The notes: generated by a model not told the origin, from the letters alone. DNA of 64,000 nucleotides from Tubiluchus corallicola (GCA_030141605.1 JAQGDQ010000432.1:134731-198730), one strand, 5' to 3'; positions 37,001-50,600 are shown, counted from the stretch's first letter. Translations and numbers: made by a program.

Positions 37001-40000
37001 CTAAGTAAGAAGTTGCTCAAAAATTTGAGGCAGAATCAGCCTCCTAAATATCCTAAGAGGTTCCGTAAAAATGGCACTTTTTAGTTAAGGGTAAACTTTC
37101 TGTGTCTTTCACAAGATTTAACTTATAAAGTGGGTGTATGCCATGTACTACAGCCACACCATAAATATTGTTCCTACAAAGTTTACCACTTGGCAGACAT
37201 ATATTATTTATTTTACTTGACATGTTGACATAACCTTGACATGTTGATATGTAATTGTAATTTTCATTTTTTCGTTTATTAATTGTCATTATTCAGCTTT
37301 TGTTTTGAAAGTTCATACTTAACTCTTTCTCTACAGCATTAAAGTATATATACAAGTAACTTTAATACTTAACTATTGCCAGTCTGTGCCGCTCTAGTTC
37401 CTTAGTTTGTCACGGTGAAATTTTCTTCTGTAGGTTTTCACAAGCTGCCAACATGCGTCGACACAGGATGAGGCACACTGGTTTCAAACCGTATGAGTGC
37501 AAAGTGTGCGGGAAAAGATTTTTCCGGAAAGATCACCTAGCGGAACATTTAGGAACTCATTCAAAAACAAATGTATGTTTAAATTGTGTGGTGCTTGTTG
37601 TTGTTTGTGCCTGTGTGCAAAATTTCCAGGCTTATCTAAGCAATATTATGCTACTTTAGTAATTTGTGATTGTTTTAAACTTCTTCAAGGTCTCGTTCCA
37701 TCTGTTGTAGACTTTGAAACATTACTATTTATTAGAGCAGTCCACCCACTCAAATCTGCAGCTAACAGTTGTAAGTTCTTCTACTCCTAAAGATAGATTT
37801 AGTTCAAATTGTTGAACATCTTTATTTATCCTAGCCATCTAAGTTGTTTCTTGGTTTACCAGGTGTTTTTTGCAACGTTTTAAATCTTTCTTTAAGGCAA
37901 TTCTTACTGGTGTTACACTTGATAATCTTAGAAGGTGTTCTAGCCATCTTAATCTTTAGAACTTGACTGAAACTCCGAGGTATTTCTTTCGTTTCAGTAT
38001 ATAAATCTTCATTTCTGATTATGTATGGCCATCTTATCTTTAAAACTTCTCTTAGAAGACCTATGAAACGTGTCAATTTGCTTTCCTTGAGATTCTTTCA
38101 TTTTTTTTCTAGAATAGGAGAACTGGCAATAAGGGCGATCTTTTTTACTTAAGGTAAAGAAAGACTGAGCAATTGAAGGCCGGTATATTAAAAGCGAAGC
38201 TGGTAACTAAAATTCGTTGCTTTTTAGAGCGTGTACAAGTGTCCAATCTGCGACAAAACGTTTCAACGACAGTATCACCTGAAACTGCATCGAGCCGAAC
38301 ATCTAGGAGACAAGTGCCATATATGCGGTTTTGTGGCGCAAGGAATCAAGCATTTGCGCATCCATTTCACGAGAGTACACAAAAAGAACTTAGATCGGAT
38401 GTTAACTGGACAGTCATCGTCGGGTAAGGAATTATAAGTACCATGCCACAGTTAGTTGTGTTTTTTTTCTATTTTTACATTATTAGGAAGAACGATAACA
38501 TCATCAGTTTGTAAGTTTCGTGAAGCTGTTCATATAATCATAATGACCAGCAGATGCTTTTGCTTCTTATTTTATAATCTCAGGCCACAATGAAAATACT
38601 TCTGTTTCCATCTGATCGCCCGGGTAACATTTTTTTAACTCACACCCTAGCTGGAATTAAATATTTTTTTTTACATTTATATACTTACATGGCGGAGTCA
38701 TTATAAAAGCATATTTTTTAATTTAAAACATAAAATTTAATTATTATTATAACATCATTGTTTCGGCAAGGGCGCACCTATGGCTAACTCTTTGTTCGGG
38801 GTTCATGTTTTTATGATGCTGATTATCATATTGGAGGCTAAAAAGTATCATATTTTCTGCCAAATCAGCGTATTAACGGCCGGGTAGTGTTACCGCGTAT
38901 AACATAATTATCAGAGCATACGGGTTCATACCGTACAAAAACGAGACTATACAATCATCGAACGTTATACGATAATTTAGTAATGCGAAATCAAAAACTA
39001 AAAAAAACAAAGCTCAAAAATGTGCATTGAAAAAATTAAAATATTATTGTTATCCAGTGGGGAAATAAACAAACTTTGATTTGAACTGAATTTAAATATT
39101 CCATAATTTGGCTTTAAACATTCACAAATCTTTAAATTTTTTTTGGAAAAAATTTTTCCCCTCCCTACTAACATCTTTTTGTGCTCATGAGGTTAGACAG
39201 AAACAGGTTTTTTTGGTGGCGAGCCTAAAAAAATAGGCACATCTTTCTAAATGCACAACAATTTTGTTAAGTGTTAATGGTATCATAGTAACTGTGAGCG
39301 CTTATTGTTTCGTTTCTAGAAAGCTCATGCTTCTGCTAAGAACATCTATTCATGTATATTCTTTGCAGACACCTTTTTATAAATATAAATTTGGTAAATA
39401 CTTTTTTGTATTTTAGAGTTGGACATATCTACTAGTCCAGAGGACATCAACCAAAATGTGGAAAATGCACAGGACAGTAATGAGGCCGGTGCATCGCCGC
39501 CAAATTCCAAGTCTGGCTTGCCAGGTGACATCACCCCGCGAAAATTCATATCCCTGTTGACGAACAATATCATAACTAACCGTGCCGGTAGTCCTAGTGA
39601 GAGACCTGCTCATCAAGGTGGTGGTCGCAGTTCGGGTGATAGTTCTAGTCCACCATCAAAGCCCACGTTTCCGGAAATGATGGAAAGTATGGGCAGTTCG
39701 GGTGTTGACGTATTATCCAGTATTTACACAGACGCAGTGTCACGCACAAGAAGTTTGCTCACTCAAAGTTATGCAGAACAGATGGGAGCCTTTGCCGTTG
39801 GCAGTTATAACCGTCCGTATGAGTCGCCCAGCTTACGTAGCTTGCTGCGCACTGGTCGCACAAGTTTAGAGTCGTTGACTGGTCGTCCTAATGTAGACGC
39901 TGTTACAGCTCGTGCTAGTTTAGACTCGCTAACCCAGTCGAACGTTTCGCCTCCCAGTGAAACGCCAGTTGTTCAACCTGTGAATGGCAATAGTGATGAA

Positions 40001-40792
40001 AATGTTGTGATAAAACAAGAGCCAATGGACGAAAGTGAACAAACAAGTGCAAATAATAACAATAATAATAATCCTGCCGATAATGTAGAAACGCCGTCCT
40101 TGGAAACCGATACGAGTGCCACGACTCAGCAGGGATCTCCCGATTCTGCTGATAAGTCATCTACGTCGCCTTTGAGTCAGCAGTCACCGCCCACTCACCC
40201 GCCGAGCGAAAATAAGCGCAAGGGTATTCCCCAGCAGTATATCCGAAATGCTGTGGGTAACGACTCTAACGACGAAAGCTCGGGCGAGAGAGCTTCGAGT
40301 CGGAATGGACTGGGAAGTTCCGACATGGCCGACCACTTCACTAGCATCCGAAGTGCGCTGATAAGCAGAGGTGCCAGTTTAAAGTCTGCTCGCACCCCCA
40401 TGGTTTCGCTTTTAAAGCAGAAACAGCGAAATGGACCATCTTTTCTAAATTCCGTCAATCCGGACGGGAAGACGTCGAGTGTGCTACTATCTGCTGCACT
40501 GACGACGCCAACAACTCCACCGTCGTATCAGCAATCTCTAGCTGCTTCCGCCTCGTCCGGATCAAATCCGATTACGCAAGGGGACATGTTTCGCAGTGCA
40601 AACGCCCCGTCCATATCGGACAGCTCTCTTTCTTGCCCATTTTGTGGCATCGTTTATTTTGATCAGACTTTGTATTTTTTGCATAAAGCTTTGCACAGCG
40701 ATTCAAACCCGTGGAAATGCAATGTCTGCGGCGAACAATGTCAAGACAAGTATGATTTCAACTCGCACATTCTGAGTATCGCTCATAACTGA
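25977..40792 (+). CDS. Ikaros-family-like (Ikaros/Pegasus/hunchback-type) C2H2 zinc-finger transcription factor, ~718 aa. Exons: 25977-26150, 35814-35900, 36713-36897, 37434-37572, 38228-38423, 39417-40792
   Basis: All introns are GT..AG with matching phases (0,0,2,0,1); total 2157 nt = 718 codons + TGA. There is one isolated N-terminal finger, then five tandem fingers (e.g. CDVCGMRFSQAANMRRHRMRHTGFKPYECKVCGKRFFRKDHLAEHLGTH). The C-terminal pair CPFCGIVYFDQTLYFLHKALHSDSNPWKCNVCGEQCQDKYDFNSHILSIAH is of the Ikaros dimerisation type. KRKGIPQQ resembles Ikaros KRKSSMPQK, and there is a SUMO motif IKQE. The start codon is inferred. Confidence 0.9.
26451..27533. mobile_element. Composite element copy 2 (piggyBac-like MITE 26451-26899 + same ~630-bp tail) in intron 1 of the Ikaros-like gene
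   Basis: TTAA-ccctttcagtccc...gggtatgaaaggg-TTAA is followed by the same segment as 11999-12598 and ends ggcaggaataat. No long TSD is visible. Confidence 0.8.
29494..30277 (+). mobile_element. 5'-truncated CR1/L2-group LINE (ORF2 end + 3' UTR), copy C
   Basis: ORF tail SLKSRGVKLWNSLP...KFLLNEY, then a 3' UTR shared with copies A and B. Confidence 0.8.
31172..32098. mobile_element. Helentron-like non-autonomous element with expanded ~14-bp cctgtgactttt repeats (56-bp higher-order unit x4 at 31395-31625)
   Basis: Left-end repeats (gaaaaaagtca/cacagg) are inverted relative to the right-hand array, and ttagggttaggg occurs at 31261. The superfamily is inferred. Confidence 0.6.
32144..32273. repeat. 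Short local tandem duplications
   Basis: cttctaag(c/t)atcaaacttatgtaatta x2 and aacaggcacttttatctatattatgaaagt x2.5. Confidence 0.85.
33170..33378. repeat. Minisatellite, 24-bp unit, ~8.5 copies
   Basis: aaagaggcattacatagatagaaa is repeated; it explains the ORFs at 33077-33618. Confidence 0.92.
33995..34058. repeat. (GTT)n microsatellite
   Basis: About 20 GTT units seen directly. Confidence 0.95.
37680..38090 (-). mobile_element. RTE-clade LINE 3' fragment in an intron of the Ikaros-like gene
   Basis: Minus-strand LREVLKIRWPYIIRNEDLYTETKEIP...GKPR resembles the RTE ORF C-terminus and ends in tgaagaag. Confidence 0.65.
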
Positions 40793-43700
40793 CATTCCAT
40801 TGCACTTTGGAAAACGTTTCTGTTGACATAGCCATTTTATGTTTTTGATTGTTAACGCATTTGTGTTTTTAATATAACAACATTACCATATCCAGAGCTT
40901 TTCTGTGTTTGCAGCTTTCTAACCAGAAAGGTGAGACCAGGGAAATTTTCCCAGCATAAACCTTGAATTAAGAGTTGTACTAATTTCTTGAAATGTGTTA
41001 CACCTGCACTTTCAGTTTCTGTTAATGAAAATTATGTGGTACAGTTCCTCAACTGTTTTTCAGTGTCACAATGTACATTATTCATGTAACATACTTCTGA
41101 TTGTGAACATAAAAATGTAACGAAATGCAAAGCTTTTGTGTTATTGACTGAGCACCAGTATTATCTGTGCATTTTTATCAAGACTTTTGCTTGTGTTGTT
41201 TATTTTATTAGTTGTTTTTGTTTTTACATACGTGTAATTTTGTATACAGATGTTGCTCAACAAAGCATTCCATTTGTTCTTGGCAGCATCTTCGTAAACA
41301 ATTCCAGAGCAGTGAGGGAACAATTCCAGAGCAGTCAGTGATCGTTGTTGTTGACATGCTCTTTGTTGAGTGAGCATGTTGCAACATGCAGGCATTTATG
41401 TACCTTCGTTCAAGTATTTGATTACCTATTGTAAAGTCATATAATTGCTTGATGATTTAAACCAAAATTATTTATTCTTAATTTAATTTTTATTATTGCA
41501 CTTTTTTATTGTGCTGTTTTTTGTCCGTTAGTGTTGTGTTAAACCAAGTTGACGTGTCTTGGTTTTATCCTTGGAATACTTTGCGCCAATAGTTTTCATT
41601 TTTCACGCAGTTGTTAATGAACATTAAGGACATTAACTAGTTAATTGAACTTGGATGCCACAGTTCTTTTAGCTCTTGTTTTTTTATCACAATTCCCTTT
41701 TCTGGTTGCTTATTGGTCACTGACATTTTTAACTTCACGGTTGTGGCATACTTCATTTAGTTTGGTTACAACACACTTGCTATACTGTATTTTCAATTGG
41801 TTACAATGTCTCTTGACTTTAAATTTTCAAATACAGTATAAACACTTTCAGTAATACTAGTATGTAGACTTTGCTTAGAATCAGTTTAATTAATATTTTG
41901 TTTTTCTGTTATTGTTTTAATATGGCAGCTCGTTTTTTGATTGATGAGATAAAGCTATTTTCACACTTGGTTGTTTTGAGGTTAAGTTTCATGGTTTTTA
42001 TTTAGCATTATTAAAGATTAATTTTAATATTGTGGAACTTTATAGTAAGTAGCTATATCTGATTTTTTTGATCATCTAATTTTTGCTCTGGAAAAATTGT
42101 TTTACAATTAATAAACATAAAAATACTTGGTTGGCACTGTGAGTTCTAACATTATAATATTTGTTTTTGTGGTAAAGTGTTTATGTGATTCTGTCTGACG
42201 TAGTTGTGTTATTGTAAATGATGTGTTTTGTCTCCAAGAGACTCGCGTAAATTTATGTCCTGCCTTGGTTGTCCCCTTAGAGGTGATACATTTGGTTGTA
42301 AATTACATTCCTTGCTTATATACCTATATAACTATATACATATATTTATTATTACGACCTTGTTAATGTATTGCTAGTTGTTTTTGTGTGAGTAATTGAT
42401 ACAAAGTTTATTGTACTGTCTTTCAGTGCTTGGAGCAGGTATATTGTCGAACGCAAATAATTGACAAAGTCAGCAGTGAATAGTAACTATTTTAATATGG
42501 CTGACATTTTTACCACTGATCCTTAATTGCTGCCAAATTATATTCGTTATTACCGTGCATTCCATTGATAAAGATTGGCTCTATTTTCTTAACAGTGGCA
42601 GTGATAATTTTGCGTATAATTTTTGTTAGTATTGCAATGTGTAGCAGCTAATCGGAACATCATAAACCTCTATGTTCAGAAGATAGTGTAGCGTATCTTT
42701 TAGTAAGAATTAACTAAGAATGTGCAGAAATAAGTACAGAATTTTAGTTTTATCTATCTATCTGACGTGTGCCTAAATTGTTATAAAATTTTATTTTTTT
42801 TTCTTACTATCTGTTACATTCTGTAGAATCTGTAGCAAAAAGCTGCTTTTAAATAAGAAATAATATAATAATATCAGGCTATTCTGTCCAAATTCTTAAA
42901 GTCCCAAGTCTGAGCGCCTAAAAATCAATTATCTTAGGGTACCCACAGAAAACACTGAAACCTCTGCAGATATGTTACTTTTGTGGTATTTCATTTATGC
43001 CATAGTTTGGACCTCTTTTTCTGGCACAGACGTGTTTACTCATCGGCGGCTACAGACGTGGGCTTTAAGAATTCTAATGAAATTCATCGTGTTTGCTTGT
43101 TAATTGTTGATGTTATGTATAAATACATATGGTTGTATTTTATTGTGTGATATACACAAATAATCAAAGATTTGTGTGATATTTTTTATGTTACAAACAG
43201 TTAATGGTATTTTTGATGTTCAAAACAATGCAGATTTGTCGCTGTTGCATTAAAGGTTATACTTTGAGATTATCAGCTTTGTTGTGAAAATGTTATTTTG
43301 TGCACAGTGTTGTCATGATGTGATGTGTATTGACATGGGACATTGTGCACAGTTAATTATACACATTAATTAATACTTGTATTATAAATAAAACTAATAA
43401 TTGTTGGTTATGGAAATGATTTTTTTACATAGATATTTATGAAATGCTTGACACTGTTCTAAAAGAAAGCATTTATGTTATCCAATTTTTATGACACGAT
43501 TGCTGTTCAGTTTGGCTTCACTAGAACTTTCTAGACTAAATGAAGGTGCTAGACTTAGTTAGCCTTACCCTTGCGTTACGAGCTAACATTAACATTTCCC
43601 TGATCATGGTTATGCACCTGATCACATACCTGGAATATGTGTTCATCTACAACAATGACAACACTATTACTTGTAATAATCAATGCTATGTTTTAAACTC

Positions 43701-44687
43701 ATAAAGTAATCATCATCATCTATTGAATTACGTGTCCAGGAACATGGTTACGATCACCTCTACATATCAGAACTCCCTACTTTCTGCAGTGCAGTAGTAG
43801 TAATTCATAAGCTTTGCTTCTGTCTCTGAGGATTAGTGCTGAAGTTTTTAGATCTCTCTAAGTCTCTGTGCAAATTTAAATATGTAAACATTTGTCCTGT
43901 TTATTTCTTTGCCGGCTCAATTGCTTGTTGACGAGCTGTTTTCACTGGTATATCATTGGGATCATTCCAGTGTGATCATCATGTCCATTAAGGCAGCTGA
44001 CTGGATGTATACTTGACCTTTAGCTGCACCTTCTTCACAACATTGTTTAAAAATAATGTTACACATAGTGACTGTTTTGCAATGTGTGTCAATTGATGCA
44101 CATTAATTTGATAAAGATAATGTGATCTAGGGTATATTTTCCCAGGCAGAAATCTAAAGTAGAAACTGTGCCCTCGTAACAAGTAAACACAGAAGTCTTT
44201 CAGCAAAAAACTAGACACTTATGCCGGTGGCTTGTCAGCAGCATTTTCATCTCAAACGACACCTTTTTATTTTTTTTATTTTCGTAGAAGAGTCGTGAAA
44301 AGAATTACTCAGCGAATTTTATACCAACTCAAAGATTTCTGTTATTGATCTGACTGCTTACATTAGAAGAAACAGTTTTTTAAAACACTTCTTTACTTTT
44401 CAGTAATTTTTGCGTGCAGTGGGTGGCAAATAGAAAGCTTGGTGAAAAATTTTGAAAACTACGAAAAATATGACTTTTTAAACCTAAACAATTTTTCAAA
44501 GGATTTTTAAGCTGAACAAAACTTTACTGTTGAGCACCGAGCATCAGACTGTTGCTGCACATAATGTAAATTCATGCCTCAATGGTTTCGTGCTCTTTAT
44601 TTTAGAACCATCGACGTTTAAATTTAATAGTACGCTGCAGTAAGCCGTCGTTAGTAATACAATAAGTTGCTTTAGTTTCACATTTTC

Positions 44688-47600
44688 ATGAAGATGATCT
44701 CACTGCGGCTTGCGCACTGCACTTGTCGACTGTACAGTTTCAGCGCAAGCAATTTATTTCACGCAAGAAATAAACCGCATGAGTTGGATCAAGGAACCAG
44801 CAAATTGGTCGATTCTCTGACATCAAGCAAAAGCCAAAAAGTATGTGCTGTAGTATGTTGACTATGTTCGTGTGTTTTATGTTGTTATTCAATGAAGTTT
44901 ATCCTAATTTATTTCATTACACACTTAAACATGCATGCTGTATCTTGATTAATAAAGTGAATGTGTGCCAGTTCGAATGTGTGGGATATTAGTTTGGTTT
45001 ATATAGCACCATAAATAGAGTACCTGGTAGTTTTTTTATTAGCTAGACTAGATATGTCGCAAGAAGAATGTAATTTTTTAAAATTTGTTTTGACTTATGC
45101 ACTTTGTCATTATCAAAGATGTGACAAAGATAGTAACATCCAATACGGTAACATTCACAGTTTTGTTTGTCCATACAACAGATTTCAAGAGTTTATTCAT
45201 TTCCACATAGCATCGTACAATGACATCACTAAAATGCAGATGGTCTCTTTTCAGTGGTTGCATTGACTCATGTATGGAAAGGTACTGTCAATGAGGGTTA
45301 TTAACAGAATGCTGAAACATAGAAGTTGATAATTACCCAATGATTTCACATGTTCAAGCATTCTTATTTCCAGTAGATAAATACACCCATTCGCACCTAA
45401 GAATATTTCAAATGTTTTTAATATCAATTATCTTTGGTGGTTTTGCATAATTAAATGCTAGGCATCACACATTAACCCTTGCATGTAATGTGTTAATTTT
45501 GAATCTTCTACTTTGCTGCTGATAATCTCTTCTTGTAGGCTCCGGCTTTATTTTTTTAACTTGCCTGTCAATAAGATTAAGGAAATGTATAAACTAGTCA
45601 ATTGTGTTTGCAAGATCGTAACTGAATTGCAACTAAAGCTAACAAATGGAAACGCAAAAGAGTAAATTGTTAAAACATGTATATTGCATGTTATACTTGA
45701 TGTAGTGACGGTATAGTGCGAGTGTGATAGTATAACTGAGTGCAATGTATAGTTCTGAGTGCGGTATGGTGCGAGTGTGATAGTATAACTGAGTGCAATG
45801 TATAGTTCTGAGTGCGGTATGGTGCGAGACTGATAGTATTACTGAGTGCAATGTATACTTCTGAGTGCTTTAGTCGTGAATTTTTCATGCTGTTATAAAC
45901 CTGTCGTTAGTCACTACACATATGGTATTTTTGTAGCTGATGTTAGAGTGTGGGGTTATTGCTTCGTCAAGCCCTGGTATCTTTCACCTGCTTCCCACCG
46001 CAGTGCGAGCGCTGAATAAACTGTGCGCTTTGATTGATCACGAGATGAGGAAGGTGAATGCAGAGAAAATAGAAATGCCGACTCTATCGTCTGGGGCATT
46101 GTGGAAACAGACAGGTTTGTAGAAAATACAGTGAAAATATGGTGGCTAGCTGTTGATGTTTGCTAGATTTGTGTTCATGAAAGTTCAAAAATATAGTGCT
46201 TGTTGTAAAGCTGAAGCTTACGTTATGTATTTAGAACAAAATTTCAGCACACAATGTCGGCGGGTGGTTATTTGCTAGGTGATAGCTCAGCTGCGTTTTT
46301 TTCACAGTGCGCGACCAGGTATTCACTACTTAGTTGAAGCAGGATAGTCTCAGAAGTCAGTTGGAAAGTCCTGTTTGTCGTGGTAAATGGCTTAGAAACT
46401 CCAACATGAGCGAGATCTATCCTAGAATGCTTCATCAGCAACCAACTACTGTAACTAGTTTGACATCGCCCAGGTCCTCGCGTATAAAGATGTTTGTAAT
46501 CTTTTAGCTAAATAAATGCAGTTTGCATTAATTTGTAATAAAAGGATTGTGTAAATTGTTGTTACAGTTTTTGTATTGCAAAATAGTAGCAAAGTAGTTT
46601 TTTCCAAGATTGTGTGCTAGCATGCGCTATGTGCTTTTTTATATCTCTTGCAATGATTGGTGATAAGAGTTTCAATATGAATGATACAAATCAAAGTGGA
46701 ATGTGATCATTAAGGAGTATATCTTGTTAATTGTCATTTTTGTTCTTTAGACCGGCATTGTTCTTGTTAAACTGACGTTGCTTGAGTTAAAATTGATTTT
46801 TTACTGTCAGTTTCATACACTTGTAGACTTCGAGCATTTTCATTGTCACATGTTATACGTTAAACTATAGACTCATTTATGTTACTGGTGTTGACATCCT
46901 GGTTTGTTGCACTATAAACTTTTCTAGGACGATGGGATTTGATGGGTGCAGAACTTTTTCGTCTAAAAGATCGACACTCTGCTGATTACTGCCTAGCTCC
47001 GGTACATGATTTATTCTATAAGTATAAACCTAAATTATCTTTCACTGCAAATCTGGAAATTTAAATCTGGAAAATATACAGCGTCATTTCACGAAAATCA
47101 TTTCTCCAATCTAACTCGTAGTGTTTCGTCCTGGTAAAAGCATTTGTAAAAGAGATCATCATGATCATCCTGCCTAGTTTGTCTTCTTTTCAAAGAATTA
47201 TATCCCTCCAAGCCCTCCCCCCCCACCAAGCACCACTAGGACATTTTTTCTACTTGGAGCTTCGACACAGAGTTAAAAGAAACCATTTTTGGAGTTTTTT
47301 GTCGGCCATTGGAGAGGAACATTGTATAGAAAAACGTACTAGTTGCATTTGGTGGGGTCTTACAGAGAAAGTTACAGCTTTCTGGAAAGAGGAGAAACTG
47401 GGCCAAATGAGGAGGGCCTGCCTTACAAACACCTGGAATATTTTTTCTGGATGAACCTGTGTAATGAATACAAAATTATGATTTTTTAGACTCACGAAGA
47501 AGCTGTTACACACTTGGTTGCTTCTCAAGGAAGTATGTCACATAAACGATTGCCATTCAGACTGTACCAGGTGATTATCTAGCAACCGTAATTATGATGG

Positions 47601-50600
47601 TTAATTCACATTAATTTTCAAATTGTACTCTTTCAATTTGAACCTTATACTGTATTTTTCTTGTCAATCGTATGCTCTTTTATGTGAGTTGTTTTTAGAT
47701 AACAAGAAAGTTTCGTGATGAAGGACGGCCGAGATTTGGCTTATTGAGAGGGAAAGAGTTTTGTATGAAAGGTAAAGCATCTATTTGTTATCATGACTAA
47801 CGCTCATGATTAACTCTCTTGGCTAACTCTCTTGTTAGAGAAAAAAGTAATATTAATAGTACTAATGACAATACTGAATTCGGCGATTTCATTTACGATA
47901 CCTCAGTTTTGAAAATGCCAGTGTAACATTGGATTGCCTACAATCTGTAGTTAAATATTTTAAAATAAACATTCCGCAGTTTAAACTATAGTGAACTTCT
48001 CCCATTGAATTTTTGTACAGACATCTTTTTTTAACTAAAATTTTCACTGTTGGCTTTACAATGCTGCATGTTACATCTTTTTATCTTCTTAGATTTATAC
48101 ACATTTGATGCAAGCGAAGAAGATGCCGCTGCCACTTATAACGCCATTTGTTCTGCCTATGAAAGGATCTTGACAAAACTTGCTGTGCCGTATGTTAAAG
48201 GTTTACCTTTGCTGTCTCGAAAATGTATAATTTTGGCTTTGCGAATTTTGGCAGCTATTTGCCTGAACTTTGCAATCACCATATGTGTTGCTTGCAAACC
48301 AAAAGCATAAGCAATGCTTTGTATTGCGACTGCTTCATGACTCTACAGAGCAGTTACATTAATGTGCAAGATGAAAAATGCAAAGTAATAAATACGTTTG
48401 TAGTTAAAACACCACAATTTTATTAAAACCTTTAATTTACATAGTTAAAAAATCAAGTCAGATTTTTCGACAGGCTTACTGCTGTCATCATCAGTGGTAA
48501 ATTTTTACAAACATTTTTACCACTGACAGCAGTAGGTTTTTCAAAACGTTTGACATGATTTTTTTAACTATCTAAATCAAAACTTTTAATAAAGTTGTGG
48601 TGTTTTAACTGTAAGTGTTTTTATTACTTTGGATATTTCTTCTTGCACATTAGTGTAAGAGCTCTGTACAGTCATTAAGCAGTCGTATTTACACATTAAG
48701 TAGATATGTTAGTTATTTCTGGTTTGCTGTTAATAGTGTTTTTAATTATTTTTGCACACGAGTTTTTGTGATTCGTGGTAATTCTAAAAACTGCCTAGGC
48801 ATTTGTTCTAATAAACACGTAAACAGTTACTAATGTGTACCGCATATATGGTAGAATACATAAAGTATAATTGTACTGTTCACTACTCTGACCAGTCTAT
48901 GTAAAAGCTTTTTAAAGTACTCATTTCATTATTATAGTTAGTAACTAATCTTATACAATAGTCTTGTTATACGTGTTTAAAGGCATGCATATTAAGTTTG
49001 ACCATCTTAAATGGCTTTTACTTGCAGTTATTGGTACAACTGGCAAGATGGGTGGTCAATATTCTCATGAGTTTCATTTGCCTGCCGAGATAGGTGAAGA
49101 TAGGCTGTTTCTTTGCAGCAGGTAAGTTTCTATATCTCTAAATCTTTTATAAATTTATTTATTGACGACTTACAAGCCATACAATTACAATTGCAATTAC
49201 AAGTTACAAAACATTACATAAACAATGCAATACATTACAATGACGACTATGCAGACAAAACCCCACACGTGGTGTATAATCGTCAACGCAATACACAATA
49301 ATAATAATAATAATAATGGTGAATAGTATTTACAGTGGTAGTCTCTTTTGCAAGAAAAATCACTAGTAAGGTGATGTTTGACAAGCAATTTTAAATCCAC
49401 TAATTTTTTGCACTTTGATTTTTACTTGTTTTTATTTACGTGTAGGTGTTCTTACGGCATAAATGCTGAAACTCTTATTGGTAAGTGGCTTTGATAATGT
49501 TCCTAATTTGATGGCATTATGTGTTTCGTGTTTTAGTGCATGTATTGAGATACAATACGAATAGTCTATCTGCAAATATTGCAGTGAATAGTATGTCCAC
49601 GCGTGCAGTGGCACACATTAAATCATGGCTGGTTCAAGTTTCAACTGTAACAAAAAATATAAAAGTAAAAAAACCTTTATATTTTTATCTTAGAATATAT
49701 AAAAAATCTTAGAATGTTACTTAAATGAAAAAGTAACATTCTAAGATTATTTTTATGACATTTTTTCATTTCTGATTTAATGTTGATTGGTATCATAATG
49801 CGAAATATATTTTATATGTACATAGAGGAACACTATGTTAATCAACTATTATGTATATACATATAGACTAACTTCGTTACATTCCCGTTATCTCGCCATA
49901 CTCTCCTCTCGCCAAAAATTTGCCCTAGACGGACAGTGGCGAGATAACGAGGTTAGACTGTACATTATGTGAAAGGCTCTTTCAAAATGCTTATTAAGTA
50001 CATTTTAGTTACGCCAAATAGAACCCATGTTGTATGAAAACACTTGTGCTGTCATAGTGCTATATGCATTTGCATGTAACATTTGTGCCATTGGCTTTGC
50101 AGATAGTACAGATAATTTAAATTGTCCGGAATGTGGAAGTGAAGTAGTGACTACTAAAGGAATAGAGGTACGTTAATTTCGCTGTTAATGAATCTTCCGT
50201 TCTACTGATTGCATTACTTTACCCGTGAAGCAAGCAGTGTTAATAAATCTATTGTTTTTTAGGTTGGTCATACTTTTCTGCTTGGTACGAAGTATTCAAG
50301 CAAGCTTGGTGCTCTATTCAAAAATAAAGATGGCATGATTGAGTAGGTATATTAACATTAAACAATTGCAAAGATTGATGGTAACCATGATTTGATACAA
50401 ATAAGAATGCGTTCTTTTGCTAGAATATATTCGATAATTTGTAGTCGTTCGAAATTGAATTACTAAACTGGAAATATTTTTGCACATCAATAAAAGAACT
50501 GTTTATCATATTTTCACACCTGAACCCATCTGCAATCAGTTTTTGGCATAAGTTGTTCATGTACTGCACACATTACTGATTAAAAACATTCCCTGAGGTA

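Noticed and set aside
39346-40458. Antisense ORFs overlapping the last Ikaros-like exon
   Set aside because: Shadow ORFs of a GC-richer coding exon, with no recognisable motifs.
25977-40792. Calling the zinc-finger gene hunchback or a specific IKZF paralogue
   Set aside because: The central fingers lack hunchback signatures (KHHLEYH, NKSMLNSH) and differ from IKZF1-5, so no gene symbol is assigned.
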